A stretch of DNA of 64,000 nucleotides from Candidatus Accumulibacter sp. ACC003 (GTDB lineage Bacteria > Pseudomonadota > Gammaproteobacteria > Burkholderiales > Rhodocyclaceae): positions 140,956-204,955 of the forward strand of contig NZ_CAJQTX010000004.1 in NCBI RefSeq assembly GCF_907163085.1, in the 5' to 3' direction. The notes under the pieces are model-generated. The model did not search any database and had not been told where the DNA came from. It was given only the letters and a program-made list of their open reading frames with translations. Shown here one piece after another: positions 30,810 to 40,938 of the stretch. Both the position numbers and the translations under genes were made by a program. Numbering within the stretch: the first letter of the stretch is position 1; every line of letters starts with the position of its first letter.

Positions 30810-30984
30810 ATCGCTGCGTTGTTGAACTGGCTCATCCACACGGCTTATGTCATTATCGCGAACTCTTCTATTCGTCGATGCCGTCAGCGTGGCGCGGGCG
30901 GCGTGGCAATTTGCCGGGCCCGGCGGCAAGGCAGGTATTCCGTTCCAGTATGGATGACATCGTGACTTGGCAGGAACAGCGTGG

Positions 30985-32769
30985 ATGACTGATCACTTGC
31001 AGCGCCCCGAACTGGCGCGGGCGCTTCTGTCTTTTCGGCGAGCGTTCATCACCGTCGGCGCTTTCAGCTTATTTACCAATCTGCTGATGCTGACGCCGTC
31101 AATCTACATGTTGCAGCTCTACGATCGCGCGCTCGGCAGTCGCAATGAGACGACGCTGATGATGTTGACGCTGATCGCCGTTGGCTTGCTGGCGCTGATG
31201 TCTTTGCTCGAGTGGATCAGAGCTATGGTCCTGGTGCGTATCGGCGCGCGTCTCGATCTCGACATCAACAGCCGCGTCTTCGACGCGACTTTCGAACGTA
31301 ACCTGCGTCACGCCGGCCAGAACCCGGCGCAGGCTCTGCACGATCTGGCGTCGATGCGGCAGACGCTGACCGGCGCCGGCGTGGTTGCTCTGGCCGACGC
31401 ACCGTGGATGCCGATCTACGTGCTGGTCATCTTCATGCTGCACGCGCATCTCGGAGTTTTCGCGCTGATCGGAGTGCTGTTGCTGGTGACCCTGGCGATC
31501 ATCAACGAACGCGTTTCGGCAGCGCCGCTCGCTGAGGCCCAGAAACTCGGTATCGCTGCCAACGCGCAAGCCAACAGCCATCTGCGCAATGCCGAAGTGA
31601 TCGAAGCGATGGGCATGCTGCCGGCGATTCGTGGCCGTTGGTTCAGTTTGCATCAGAAGTTCCTGGTGCAGCAGGCGCTGGCCAGCGATCGCGCCGGCAT
31701 GCTCAACGCCATGACCCGTTTTGCACGCATCTCGCTGCAGTCGCTGGCGCTTGGCTACGGTGCCTGGTTGACCATCGCGGGCGAGATGACGGCGGGCATG
31801 ATGATTGCCGGCTCGATTCTGGTCGGGCGGGCGCTGGCGCCGGTCGAGGCGCTGATCGGTAACTGGAAGCAACTCGTTTCGGCGCGTGCCGCGTATCAGC
31901 GGCTGAGCGAACTGCTGCGCGTCTTTCCGGCACGCGTGGTCGGGATGCCCTTGCCCAGGCCGCTCGGCGACGTGCTCGTCGAGAATGCCGCCACCGCCGC
32001 ACCGGGAAGCAAGTTGCTGATCCTCAGGAACGTCAATTTCAAGCTCAAGGCCGGTGAGGTGGTAGCGATCATTGGCCCCAGCGCGTCCGGCAAGTCGACG
32101 CTGGCGCGTTTGCTGGTCGGGATCTGGCCAGCACTGGCCGGTTCGGTACGCCTCGACGGCTCGGAGATCTTCAAGTGGAACAAGGACGAGCTCGGTCCGT
32201 ATCTGGGTTATCTGCCACAGGACATCGAGTTGTTTGACGGCAGCGTCGCCGAGAATATTGCCCGTTTCGGCAAGGTCGACGCCGACCAAGTCCTCGCCGC
32301 GGCGCAGGCGGCGGGTGTGCACGAGCTGATTCTGCTGCTGCCGAATGGCTACGACACGCCTCTGGGCGACGCCGGCAGTGCGCTCTCGGGTGGCCAGAAG
32401 CAGCGCATTGCTCTGGCGCGCGCGCTCTATGGCGATCCGGCGCTGATTGTTCTCGACGAACCAAACTCCAACCTTGACGACCTCGGCGAGGCGGCGCTCG
32501 CCGAGACCATCCGGCGCCTGAAGGCGAAAAAGCGGACCGTCGTCATCGTTACCCACCGGATGACGACGCTGGCCGTCGCCGACAGCATTCTGGTGATGAA
32601 CGAGGGGACAGTGAAGGTACACTGTCCGCGCGACCAGGTGCTCGAGGCGATGCGCCCGCAGAACGCGACGAACGCCGCCGGTGCCGGACGCGCGCAGGCG
32701 GCGAACGGCTCGGCTCAGCGTATGGCAGCGACTGGTGCTCTGCCATCGGTGCCGGTTGTCGGCGCATGA
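30985..32769 (+). CDS. Type I secretion ABC ATPase/permease (PrtD/RsaD-like)
   Basis: NLLML...IYMLQ.YDR.L.SR...TL, GPSASGKSTLAR, LSGGQKQRIALARA, VLDEPNSNLD. Confidence 0.95.
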   Translation: MTDHLQRPELARALLSFRRAFITVGAFSLFTNLLMLTPSIYMLQLYDRALGSRNETTLMMLTLIAVGLLALMSLLEWIRAMVLVRIGARLDLDINSRVFDATFERNLRHAGQNPAQALHDLASMRQTLTGAGVVALADAPWMPIYVLVIFMLHAHLGVFALIGVLLLVTLAIINERVSAAPLAEAQKLGIAANAQANSHLRNAEVIEAMGMLPAIRGRWFSLHQKFLVQQALASDRAGMLNAMTRFARISLQSLALGYGAWLTIAGEMTAGMMIAGSILVGRALAPVEALIGNWKQLVSARAAYQRLSELLRVFPARVVGMPLPRPLGDVLVENAATAAPGSKLLILRNVNFKLKAGEVVAIIGPSASGKSTLARLLVGIWPALAGSVRLDGSEIFKWNKDELGPYLGYLPQDIELFDGSVAENIARFGKVDADQVLAAAQAAGVHELILLLPNGYDTPLGDAGSALSGGQKQRIALARALYGDPALIVLDEPNSNLDDLGEAALAETIRRLKAKKRTVVIVTHRMTTLAVADSILVMNEGTVKVHCPRDQVLEAMRPQNATNAAGAGRAQAANGSAQRMAATGALPSVPVVGA

Positions 32770-32785
32770 TTGGCGAGACTCGATA

Positions 32786-34174
32786 ATGGCAAACAACGTT
32801 TTTCAACGCCGGCGTACGGTCGACAGTGAGGTCACCGACGTCAACCCGATCGGCAGCGGCCAGGACGGCGAAGCGGCGGCGACGCTCGATATCAACCATG
32901 CTCGCGCCTCGCGCATCGGCTGGCTGGTGCTCGCCGTCGGTTTTGGCGGCTTCATGCTCTGGGCCGCCCTGGCGCCGCTCGACCAGGGCGTGCCGAGCAG
33001 CGGCCAAGTGGTCGTCACCGGCAATCGCAAGACCGTACAGAACCTCAGCCCGGGGATGGTCGAAGCGATCCTGGTCAAGGATGGCGACGAGGTTCGTCGC
33101 GGCGACGTGCTGGTGCGGCTCGACCCGACGACCGCGCGCTCGCAGTACGAGGTGGCGTACAGCCAATGGCTGGTTGTCAAAGCCGCCGAGGCGCGCCTGC
33201 TGGCCGACGTCCAGGGGCTGTCGGAGATCGCCTTTCCCGACGAGCTGTTGAAAGAAAAGGACGATCCACGAGCGGCCAGCGCGATGGCCGTCCAGAGCCA
33301 GTTGTTGCGGTCACGGCAAGCCGGCTTGCAGGCTGAGCTGGGCGCCTTGAAAAGCACCCTGGCGGGCTTGCAGTCGTACGCCAAGGGCCTGGATGCGGCC
33401 CGTCGCGCCAAGGAAGAACAGTCGGCGCTGCTCAAGGAAGAGCTCAAAGGGCTGCGGGAACTGGCCGCCGAGGGCTATCTGGCACGCAATCGCCTGTCCG
33501 AGCAAGAGCGCCTGCTGGCGCAACTCAGCGGTGCGATTTCCGAGGATCTCGGCAATCTCGGGCGTGCGCAGCAGGGAATCGGCGAAACCAGGATGCGCAT
33601 CATCGCGCGCCAGCAGGACTACCACAAGGAAGTCGAGAACGCGCTCGTCGAAGTGCAGAAGGAGGCCAGTAGTCTCGACAGTCGCATCAAGGGGCTGGCC
33701 TTCGAACTCGCCAATACCGACGTGCGCGCGCCGTCCGAGGGAATTATCGTCGGATTGACCGTGCACACCGTTGGCGGCGTGCTGGCGCAGGGGACGCCGC
33801 TGATGGACGTGGTGCCGAAGAACGAGCCGCTGCGCATCGACGTCCAGATCGCCACCACCTTGATCGACAAGGTCCGGCTGGGTCTGCCGGCCGAAATCAC
33901 CTTTCCGGCGTTCAACCAGAAGACGACGCCGCAGATTCCCGGCGAGTTCATCCAGGTCGCCGCCGACGCCACGGTCGATCCGCAAGGCCGCGTGCCGCCG
34001 TTCTACCGCGGCCAGGTGGTGGTCACCGCCGAGGGCATGAAGAAGCTGAAGTTGCACGAGATCAAGGCCGGCATGCCTGCCGAAGTATTCATCAGGACCG
34101 GCGAACGGACGATGCTGAACTATCTGTTCAAGCCGCTGCACGATCGCTTCAACTCGGCGTTGACCGAGGAGTGA
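32786..34174 (+). CDS. HlyD-family type I secretion membrane fusion protein
   Basis: GF..WA..APLD.GV...G.V.V, K.VQ...G.V..I.V.DGD.V, RAP..G.I, GMP.EVFI.TGERT.L.YL.KP. Confidence 0.95.
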   Translation: MANNVFQRRRTVDSEVTDVNPIGSGQDGEAAATLDINHARASRIGWLVLAVGFGGFMLWAALAPLDQGVPSSGQVVVTGNRKTVQNLSPGMVEAILVKDGDEVRRGDVLVRLDPTTARSQYEVAYSQWLVVKAAEARLLADVQGLSEIAFPDELLKEKDDPRAASAMAVQSQLLRSRQAGLQAELGALKSTLAGLQSYAKGLDAARRAKEEQSALLKEELKGLRELAAEGYLARNRLSEQERLLAQLSGAISEDLGNLGRAQQGIGETRMRIIARQQDYHKEVENALVEVQKEASSLDSRIKGLAFELANTDVRAPSEGIIVGLTVHTVGGVLAQGTPLMDVVPKNEPLRIDVQIATTLIDKVRLGLPAEITFPAFNQKTTPQIPGEFIQVAADATVDPQGRVPPFYRGQVVVTAEGMKKLKLHEIKAGMPAEVFIRTGERTMLNYLFKPLHDRFNSALTEE

Positions 34175-35505
34175 GCGTGCGAAATTGCTTTGCCAGGCTG
34201 GCGTGTTGCGCGCTGCTGTCGTCTTCGTCGGCGGTGTTCGCCGCCGGTCTGCTCGACGCCTATCGCGCGGCGCGGCAAAACGACCCCGCTTTCAGGGCCG
34301 CTCGCTACGAACGAGATGCCGGCCAGTATGCGGTCGACATCGGTCGTGCCGGCCTGTTGCCGACGCTTTCGATTACCGGTTCCTATGCCAAGAACGCCGG
34401 TGACCGCGAGTCTACGGTGGTCGATGTGACGCAGTCGCTCGACTACAACGACAAGCAGGCGGCGATTGTGCTACGGCAGCCCTTGTTCAACTACGACAGC
34501 TACGTGCGCTACCAGCAGGGTGGCGTCCAGGCCGCGTACAGCGATGCCGTTTTTGACCGCAAAGAGGCGGAGTTCGCCAGCAAGCTGGCCAGCGCCTATT
34601 TCGAGGTCTTGCTGGCGCAGGAAAAGCTGACCCTGACCGACGCCGAAATTGCCGCCTACGGCGCGCAGCGTGAACTCGCGCAGCGCCTGCTGCGCGGTGG
34701 CGAGGGAACGGTGACCGAGATCGCCGAGGCCGAATCGAGGCTGCAGTTCGCCCGTGCCGGTCGTGCCGAGGCGCTCGACCGCGTTGCCGTAACGAAGCGC
34801 GTCCTCGAAGGCCTCACCGGCAAACCGATGCGCGACCTGTGGGTGTTGCGCAAGGATTTCATCCCCACCGGCGTCGAGCCGCGCGGCCTTGACGAATGGA
34901 CTGCGCTGGCCCAGGACAATAGTCCCGAGATTCGCTCCAGGCGCAAGGTGCTCGAGCTGTCCAGCCTGGAAGTCGACCGCAATCGTGCGGGTCACCTGCC
35001 GCAACTGGACTTTGTGGCGCGCGCCATGAAAGCCGAAAACGAGACGATTTCGACGCTCAACCAGAAGAGCTCGATCAGGACTTACGGCGTGCAGCTCAAC
35101 GTGCCGCTGTTCGCCGGCGGTCGGGTGAACGCGCTCACCGAGCAGGCAGTCGCCAACCGTGGTCGCGCGCAGGCCGAGTTGGAGGTTGCCGTCAACGAGG
35201 TTCTGGTTGAGGTCGAGCGCCAGTTTCTCGCCGTCGAGACCGCGATTAGCCGGGTTGCCGCGTACAACAAGGCAGTCTCTGCCAGCCAGGTGGCCGTCAC
35301 CGGGACCAAGCGCGGCATGGCGGCTGGTATTCGGACGACAACCGACGTCCTCGACGCCGAACGGCGGATGTTTGTGGCCGAGCGCGATTTGGCGCAGGCG
35401 CGCTACGAGTCCCTGGTCAATACCTTGCTGCTGAAAGCGACGGCCGGAGCCCTGTCGGAACAAGCCATCGCCGAGATCGAGGCGCTGCTGGTGCCGCCTT
35501 ACTGA
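34171..35505 (+). CDS. TolC-family type I secretion outer membrane protein
   Basis: Signal peptide, Y.AAR.NDP, LRQPLFN, A.HLP.LD, G.RT..DVLDAE; GTG start overlaps upstream stop. Confidence 0.93.
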   Translation: MSVRNCFARLACCALLSSSSAVFAAGLLDAYRAARQNDPAFRAARYERDAGQYAVDIGRAGLLPTLSITGSYAKNAGDRESTVVDVTQSLDYNDKQAAIVLRQPLFNYDSYVRYQQGGVQAAYSDAVFDRKEAEFASKLASAYFEVLLAQEKLTLTDAEIAAYGAQRELAQRLLRGGEGTVTEIAEAESRLQFARAGRAEALDRVAVTKRVLEGLTGKPMRDLWVLRKDFIPTGVEPRGLDEWTALAQDNSPEIRSRRKVLELSSLEVDRNRAGHLPQLDFVARAMKAENETISTLNQKSSIRTYGVQLNVPLFAGGRVNALTEQAVANRGRAQAELEVAVNEVLVEVERQFLAVETAISRVAAYNKAVSASQVAVTGTKRGMAAGIRTTTDVLDAERRMFVAERDLAQARYESLVNTLLLKATAGALSEQAIAEIEALLVPPY

Positions 35506-35731
35506 CCGCCAGCCAGGCGCGCGACGCTGCAGCGCGCGGCTTCAATCGGTCGGCTGGCTGACGTCCACTGGGCTTGATCCGGAGTCGCCGCTAAGATTGC
35601 CTTAAGGATGCGCCGCTATAGTGGCTCTGTGCTCGCGGGTCGAGCCAGCGTTGGCGCCGGCGACGAAAGCCGAACTTCCGGGATAACCAACGCCTTCCTT
35701 ATTCCGCAATTCTTGACGAGAGACCATTCGA

Positions 35732-36061
35732 ATGAACAAGCAAGCTGCGTTTTCCGCCGCCACCCTGTTGGCGATCACCCTCACTCTGGCCGTTCCTGCG
35801 GTCGCCGCCGATAGCGCAGGCGCGGCCGTGGCAGGCGCCCCGATGACCGCTGCGGCGGCCGCGCCAGCGGCAGAGGTCACCAGGGACCAGGCCGTCGCGA
35901 TGGCCTTGAAGGCGCACCCCGGCGAAGTCAGTAAAGTCTACCAGGACACCAAGAAGGGCAAGAAAACCTGGGAAGTGAAGATCAAAGGCGCCGATGGCAA
36001 GAAGTGGGAGCTGCACTACGAAATCAAGAGCGGCGCTCTGGTCTCCGAAGAAGGCAAGTAA
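35732..36061 (+). CDS. Secreted PepSY-domain protein
   Basis: Signal peptide, Ala-rich linker, TRDQA..MAL..HPG.V, WEV.I, WE.....KSG.LV. Confidence 0.8.
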   Translation: MNKQAAFSAATLLAITLTLAVPAVAADSAGAAVAGAPMTAAAAAPAAEVTRDQAVAMALKAHPGEVSKVYQDTKKGKKTWEVKIKGADGKKWELHYEIKSGALVSEEGK

Positions 36062-36138
36062 GCGCGCCGCCATCGGCTTCGCGATCAATTGACGTAGCCG
36101 CCGGCGGCACGCCGGCTGCTACGATGGAGGCTTTGCAC

Positions 36139-36750
36139 ATGCGTTCGATCGATTCGCAACAGGTCCAGGTCTGGGACCCGCTGCTCCGCCTGTTCCACTG
36201 GACGCTGCTGGCTGCTTTCAGCGCTGCGTATTTCTCGGAAGGCGATGCCTTCGAAGCGCTCCAGGACCGTCTCAGCGGTGAGTTCATCCAGAGCGTGCAC
36301 GTCTGGGCCGGCTATCTGATTGCCGGGCTATTGCTGCTTCGCCTGATGTGGGGCTTCGTGGGCCCGCGCCATGCCCGCTTCAGCGACTTTGTCCGGCGCC
36401 CGAGCACGACTCTCGCTTATCTCAAGGGCGTGCTGACGCTGCGCGCGCCACGTTACCTCGGACACAATCCCGCCGGCGGCGCGATGATCGTCGTCCTGCT
36501 GCTCAGCCTGACGGCGACCATCGTTTCGGGCCTGGCGCTTTACGGTGCCGACCAGGGACTGGGGCCGCTGGCCGGGCTGCTGGCGGCGAGCGGCGGCGCG
36601 AGCATCGATGCCATCAGGGAAACGCACGAAGCGGCGACCAACTGCACGCTGTTGCTGATCGCCGGACACCTGCTCGGCGTGCTCTGGGAAAGTCTCCTAC
36701 ACCGCGAGAACCTCGTCCGCGCGATGATCACCGGCCGCAAACGCGCCTGA
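36139..36750 (+). CDS. Cytochrome b/b6-domain membrane protein (Ni/Fe-hydrogenase cyt b-like)
   Basis: VWD..LRLFHW, H.W.GY, R..WGF.G..HARFSDF, GHNP.GG, HE, H..GV..ES..HRENLV.AM.TG.K. Confidence 0.88.
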   Translation: MRSIDSQQVQVWDPLLRLFHWTLLAAFSAAYFSEGDAFEALQDRLSGEFIQSVHVWAGYLIAGLLLLRLMWGFVGPRHARFSDFVRRPSTTLAYLKGVLTLRAPRYLGHNPAGGAMIVVLLLSLTATIVSGLALYGADQGLGPLAGLLAASGGASIDAIRETHEAATNCTLLLIAGHLLGVLWESLLHRENLVRAMITGRKRA

Positions 36751-36978
36751 TGGCATCCGCCCATGCGCAACGATCACGACAGCGGCTACAAATTTCTCTT
36801 CTCCACCCCGGAGCTGGTGCGCGACCTGATCATCGGCTTTATTCCCGATCAGTGGCTGCACAGCCTGGACTACAGCACCCTCGAGCGGGTTCCCGGCAGC
36901 TATGTCAGCGAAGACTTTCGCTACCGCGCCGACGATATCGTCTGGCGGGTCAGGGTCGGTGGCGACTGGGTCTACCTT

Positions 36979-39354
36979 CAGATTTCCTGATCTCGGAGGA
37001 AACCGGGTTGGCACTTCAGACAAGAGTGAAGGTCATTCTTGCCCCGGTTTCCGGATGCGGAAAATCTTGCAGGGTGAGTTCCTCGAGGAGCGCGGCGATA
37101 GCGCGATCATGAGCTGGGCTGGCCATCCGGTGAATTTTGATGGTCAGGGTGTTGGCTAGCGCGTTCGGTTCGATGTCAGCGGAAGAAACGAACAATTCGC
37201 GAATGAGCGCACGTGCGTCGTCCTCCTTCTTCAAGTGGCGGCGCAATAGCGCCACCATGGCGGTCTCGGCCCGGTAGGCGACCATTTTCACGGTATCGCA
37301 GAGCATCTTGTTCAGCGGCGGCAGTTGGGTCGGTCGCTCGGCCTCGGGCAGACTGTCGATCGTCACCTTTCGGGGGCTTGCCTTGCGCGCCGCGCAAAGT
37401 CGCTTGAGCTCCTCCTGAACGGCCTGCAGTGCTTCGACAGACTCGGCGTTTTTCTGGATTTCGCCGCCGTCGTTCAAGGCCGTCCTGGCGATTGCGGCCT
37501 GCAGTTTTCTTTCGCTCTGGCGGGTTTGCCTGACGGCCTTGTCGAGTTCCCGCCAGCGGGGGTTAACGACCTGGTGAGTGCCGGGAAGAGAGTCGTCTCC
37601 GTACTCGATAAGCCCATCAATATCATAATGTTCCATCATGTACGCGAAGTAGTTTTCCTGGCACCAACGGGCGAACATCCGCCCAGCGATGGTGGTGTTT
37701 CCGAGTTGCCGGGCGGTCGTGATCACGGCTGTTTGATGTCCCGTCTGGGTCAGCCGACGAACTTCGCTCACGGCCAGGCTGCCATCGCCTGTGCCGAGTC
37801 GGGTTTCGCGCATGGCGAGTTTCATCCCGGTGCTGCCGCCTGCCGGCAGATGGACTTCCTGTTCCTGAAACACCTCTTCGGACCAGAGGTCCTTGACGTT
37901 CTTGCGGTAGGTCAGTGCGCCGATGCGCTGTTTCCAGAGTCTGCCGAGGAGACTCTGGGTGGCCCCTTCCCGATCGAAGACCATGACAAACCGGTGCAGG
38001 GTCGGGTCGGCGTCCAGTTCGGCCGGCGTCGGCTGTCCCGGGACAATCTCCAGCAGTTGGGGGACGATGTCCTTGAGCAGGGTCTCGGCGAGTCCGTCAT
38101 TGAGCGGCTGCGAAACCACAAAGAACGGGCGACCCAGGGCATCGTTAACCCAGTAGTCGGTGGTGCCCCGCAGGCACAGGCGTTCGCGCGAGACGTAGCG
38201 CTTCGACAGCCTGGCCTGCTCGCCGTGATACACCCGAACATGACCATCGACATACAGGTAACCCGCTTCTTCTGGCTCGCTTTCCATCCAGAGCTTCGCG
38301 AGATCCCGCATCCAGGCTGCCGGGTCACCCGTCTTGGCCAGCAGATGGACCTTTTCCCGCAGGGTGCGGACTTCCGGTACCCGGTCCAGGCCGATGACTT
38401 TGCCGAGTTCTCCGGGCGAGGTTTGTCGCAGATGTTCCGGCCGCTTGATTCGCCCCAGGGCCATGAAGCCGAGGACGAGAAGGATGTGCAAGGCGCTGTA
38501 GAATCCCCGGGGCAGCTTGAGATGGCGATCCAGGCCGGTCAGTAGCCCGTTCGCGCACAAGGCCGGCAAGCCGGCCAACAGCCCCCCCATCGCCACATCG
38601 TGGCTCGCTTCGAAGCGCGTCGTCGCACCGGTCGCCAATCCCAGCGCCGTTTGGATCCGCTCGTCGGCGCGCGTGCAGGCGGTGCCCATCCCCGCGGCGG
38701 CTTCCGCATCCGCCCGGCTGCGCTCACTCTTGGTGCTCGCCGCTTCCAACTCCCCTGCCTCTTGCGGCAAGGCGGCCAACTGCGGCACGCCCTGGCGCCG
38801 GATCGCCTTGCGCAGCGTCGACTCCTGGACGCCCACCTGCCGTGCCACTTCGGCAGGACGCTTTCCCTCGCTCAACAGCCGCGCGCATTCGGCACTCTTG
38901 TCCGGCGTCATGATCCGCGGCCGGCTCGCCGCCGCCGGTCGAAAGAAAGACGATGGCCCGGCTTTGCGGCTTTGTCCCACCCAGTTCATCAGCGTGCGGT
39001 GCGGGATGCACAGCGGTGGCCTTTCCAGTTCGACCGCCTTGACGTGCCCGTTCTCCATCAGGCTGGTCAGAGCGAACCTGCGGCCAGCGTCGTCTCCTAC
39101 GGGGTGCGAGAAGTAATTGTCTCCCCCAACAAAGTAGATCGCTTGGCCATCCTTCTCCAGAATCGCCAACCCTTCTCCCACTTTCTGCGCACCATCCGGA
39201 AACCCTGGAAGCCACGATTGCCTCAACGTCTGCTCCTCCTTGCACTCCTAGCGAAGCTTGGTTTATGCCATAAGAAAATCATGGCCGTCAAAATAAAGTG
39301 CCACGTGCAATTCCGGAATTCTATCTACATTCCCGGCCGGGATCAGGAAATCTG
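36979..39354 (-). mobile_element. 2376-bp IS, copy 2 (transposase 37016-39226)
   Basis: Same 14-bp IR; 5-bp TSD ACCTT (36974-36978, 39355-39359). Confidence 0.95.
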
Positions 39355-40080
39355 ACCTTTATCTGCTGCTCGAATTCCAGAGCAGCGTCGACCGCTACAT
39401 GGCGCTGCGCATGATGGTCTATGTCGGGCTGCTCTATCAGGACCTTATCAAGCGGGGCGAGGTTCTCGCCGACGGTCGCCTGCCGCCGGTCCTGCCGATT
39501 GTTCTCTACAACGGCAGCCAGCGCTGGACGGCGTCAAACGACGTTTTTGAATTGATTCCGCCGGTTCCGGGGCTGGTCGATCAGTTCAAGCCCCGCTTGA
39601 AGTACCTGCTGATCGACGAAAACGCCTATACCGACGACGAACTGGCCTCGCTCAATAACCTGGTCGCGGCCGTCTTCCGCATCGAACACCCGCCGTCGCC
39701 GGCCGCCATCGGCGTCCTGCTCGGTCTGCTCGACGAGTGGCTGGTCGACCGGCCCGACCTGCGTCGGATGTTTGCCCTCTGGATTCGGGCCACATTGATG
39801 CGCAAGGCGGAATATCGTATCGTGTTGCCTCAGATCGACGATTTACAGGAGCTGAATGTCATGTTGGCCGAACGACTCGAACAATGGGCGCACGCCTACA
39901 AGGCCGAAGGAAAAGCCGAGGGAAAAGCCGAGGGTGAAGCGCTGGCCTTGCAGAAGCTCCTCCAGAGGCGTTTTGGTACCGTACCGTCGCCGGTTCTGGC
40001 AATGATCTCTGCGGCGTCCCTTGAACAGGTCGTAAGTATTCGGCCAACCCGTAGTGAGCCAGCGCCGTTGGCGAGGCCGG

Positions 40081-40938
40081 TTAGCGGCAGAGGATTGATC
40101 GGAAGGCTCTGTGAAGGGGATAGAGCCAGATATCCTTGATCGGGAGGATGGGCTTGCTGGTGGGGCACTTCTTGCCTCGGCCGGCGGTTTGGCCGACCTT
40201 GATCCAGTTGGCGGCCTGGTAGCAGGTGCCGCGATGGCGGGGGGTCTCGACGAAGGTTTCGAGCAGCACGGGGCGGTAACCGTAGCGCGCCAGCCAGTCC
40301 TTGGGCAGTTGCCGCTGCATGAGCGAGAGGATCTTGGAGGCCAGGCCCTTGCACTGGATCCAGGGCAGGATCAGAAAGCGGGCATTGTTCACCACCAGTT
40401 GCAGGTTCCTTTGTCGCTGCTCATCGTGCCAACCGATGAATTGCTCGCGCGCGGCGAGTTTCCAGGCGCTGGCGGCGAAGCTGAGCAAGGCGACGAGTGT
40501 CTCGCCGGCGAAGACGAAGTATCGGCTCTGACTGCCGGCCATGGGCGTGTGGCCGAGATAGTGGTAACGAGCGATGTACTCGTTCCACAGACGCGAGTTC
40601 GCCGAACCGACGACCTGTCGCACCGAGAGAGGCGGCAGTTCATGCACCGGCTGAGTGAGCAAGGGTTGTGGATCGGTGGCGTGCGTGGGCCGATACTCGG
40701 GTTGGCGAGGAGCGGTCCGTCGTGCAGCCGGCAGGGTGAGCAGGCCGTCGGCTTGCATGCGCAGCATGGCCACCCGGCAGGTCATATCCTTCAGCTCACC
40801 ATTGGGCTTGCGCCAGTCGAAGAGCTCGCACACCTGACGCGAGAGTTGTGCGCGGCTGGCGCCGGGAGGGGCCTCGATCAGGCCGCGGATCGTCTGCAGT
40901 TCGTCGGCGGTAAAGTGGCGCCCGCAATAAGGCTTCAC
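40081..40938 (-). CDS. DUF4338 (DruA-like) domain protein
   Basis: HYLG, L.F.A.AWK...R..FIGW, VNN.RFLILPW, LASK.L, LLETFV....GT.Y.AANW..VG.T.GRG; GTG start overlaps tnpC TGA. Confidence 0.85.
   Translation of the reverse strand: MKPYCGRHFTADELQTIRGLIEAPPGASRAQLSRQVCELFDWRKPNGELKDMTCRVAMLRMQADGLLTLPAARRTAPRQPEYRPTHATDPQPLLTQPVHELPPLSVRQVVGSANSRLWNEYIARYHYLGHTPMAGSQSRYFVFAGETLVALLSFAASAWKLAAREQFIGWHDEQRQRNLQLVVNNARFLILPWIQCKGLASKILSLMQRQLPKDWLARYGYRPVLLETFVETPRHRGTCYQAANWIKVGQTAGRGKKCPTSKPILPIKDIWLYPLHRAFRSILCR

Noticed and set aside
40081-40938. Complete Druantia defence system
   Set aside because: Only a DruA-like domain is present, inside IS ends; no DruE-type helicase or other dru genes.
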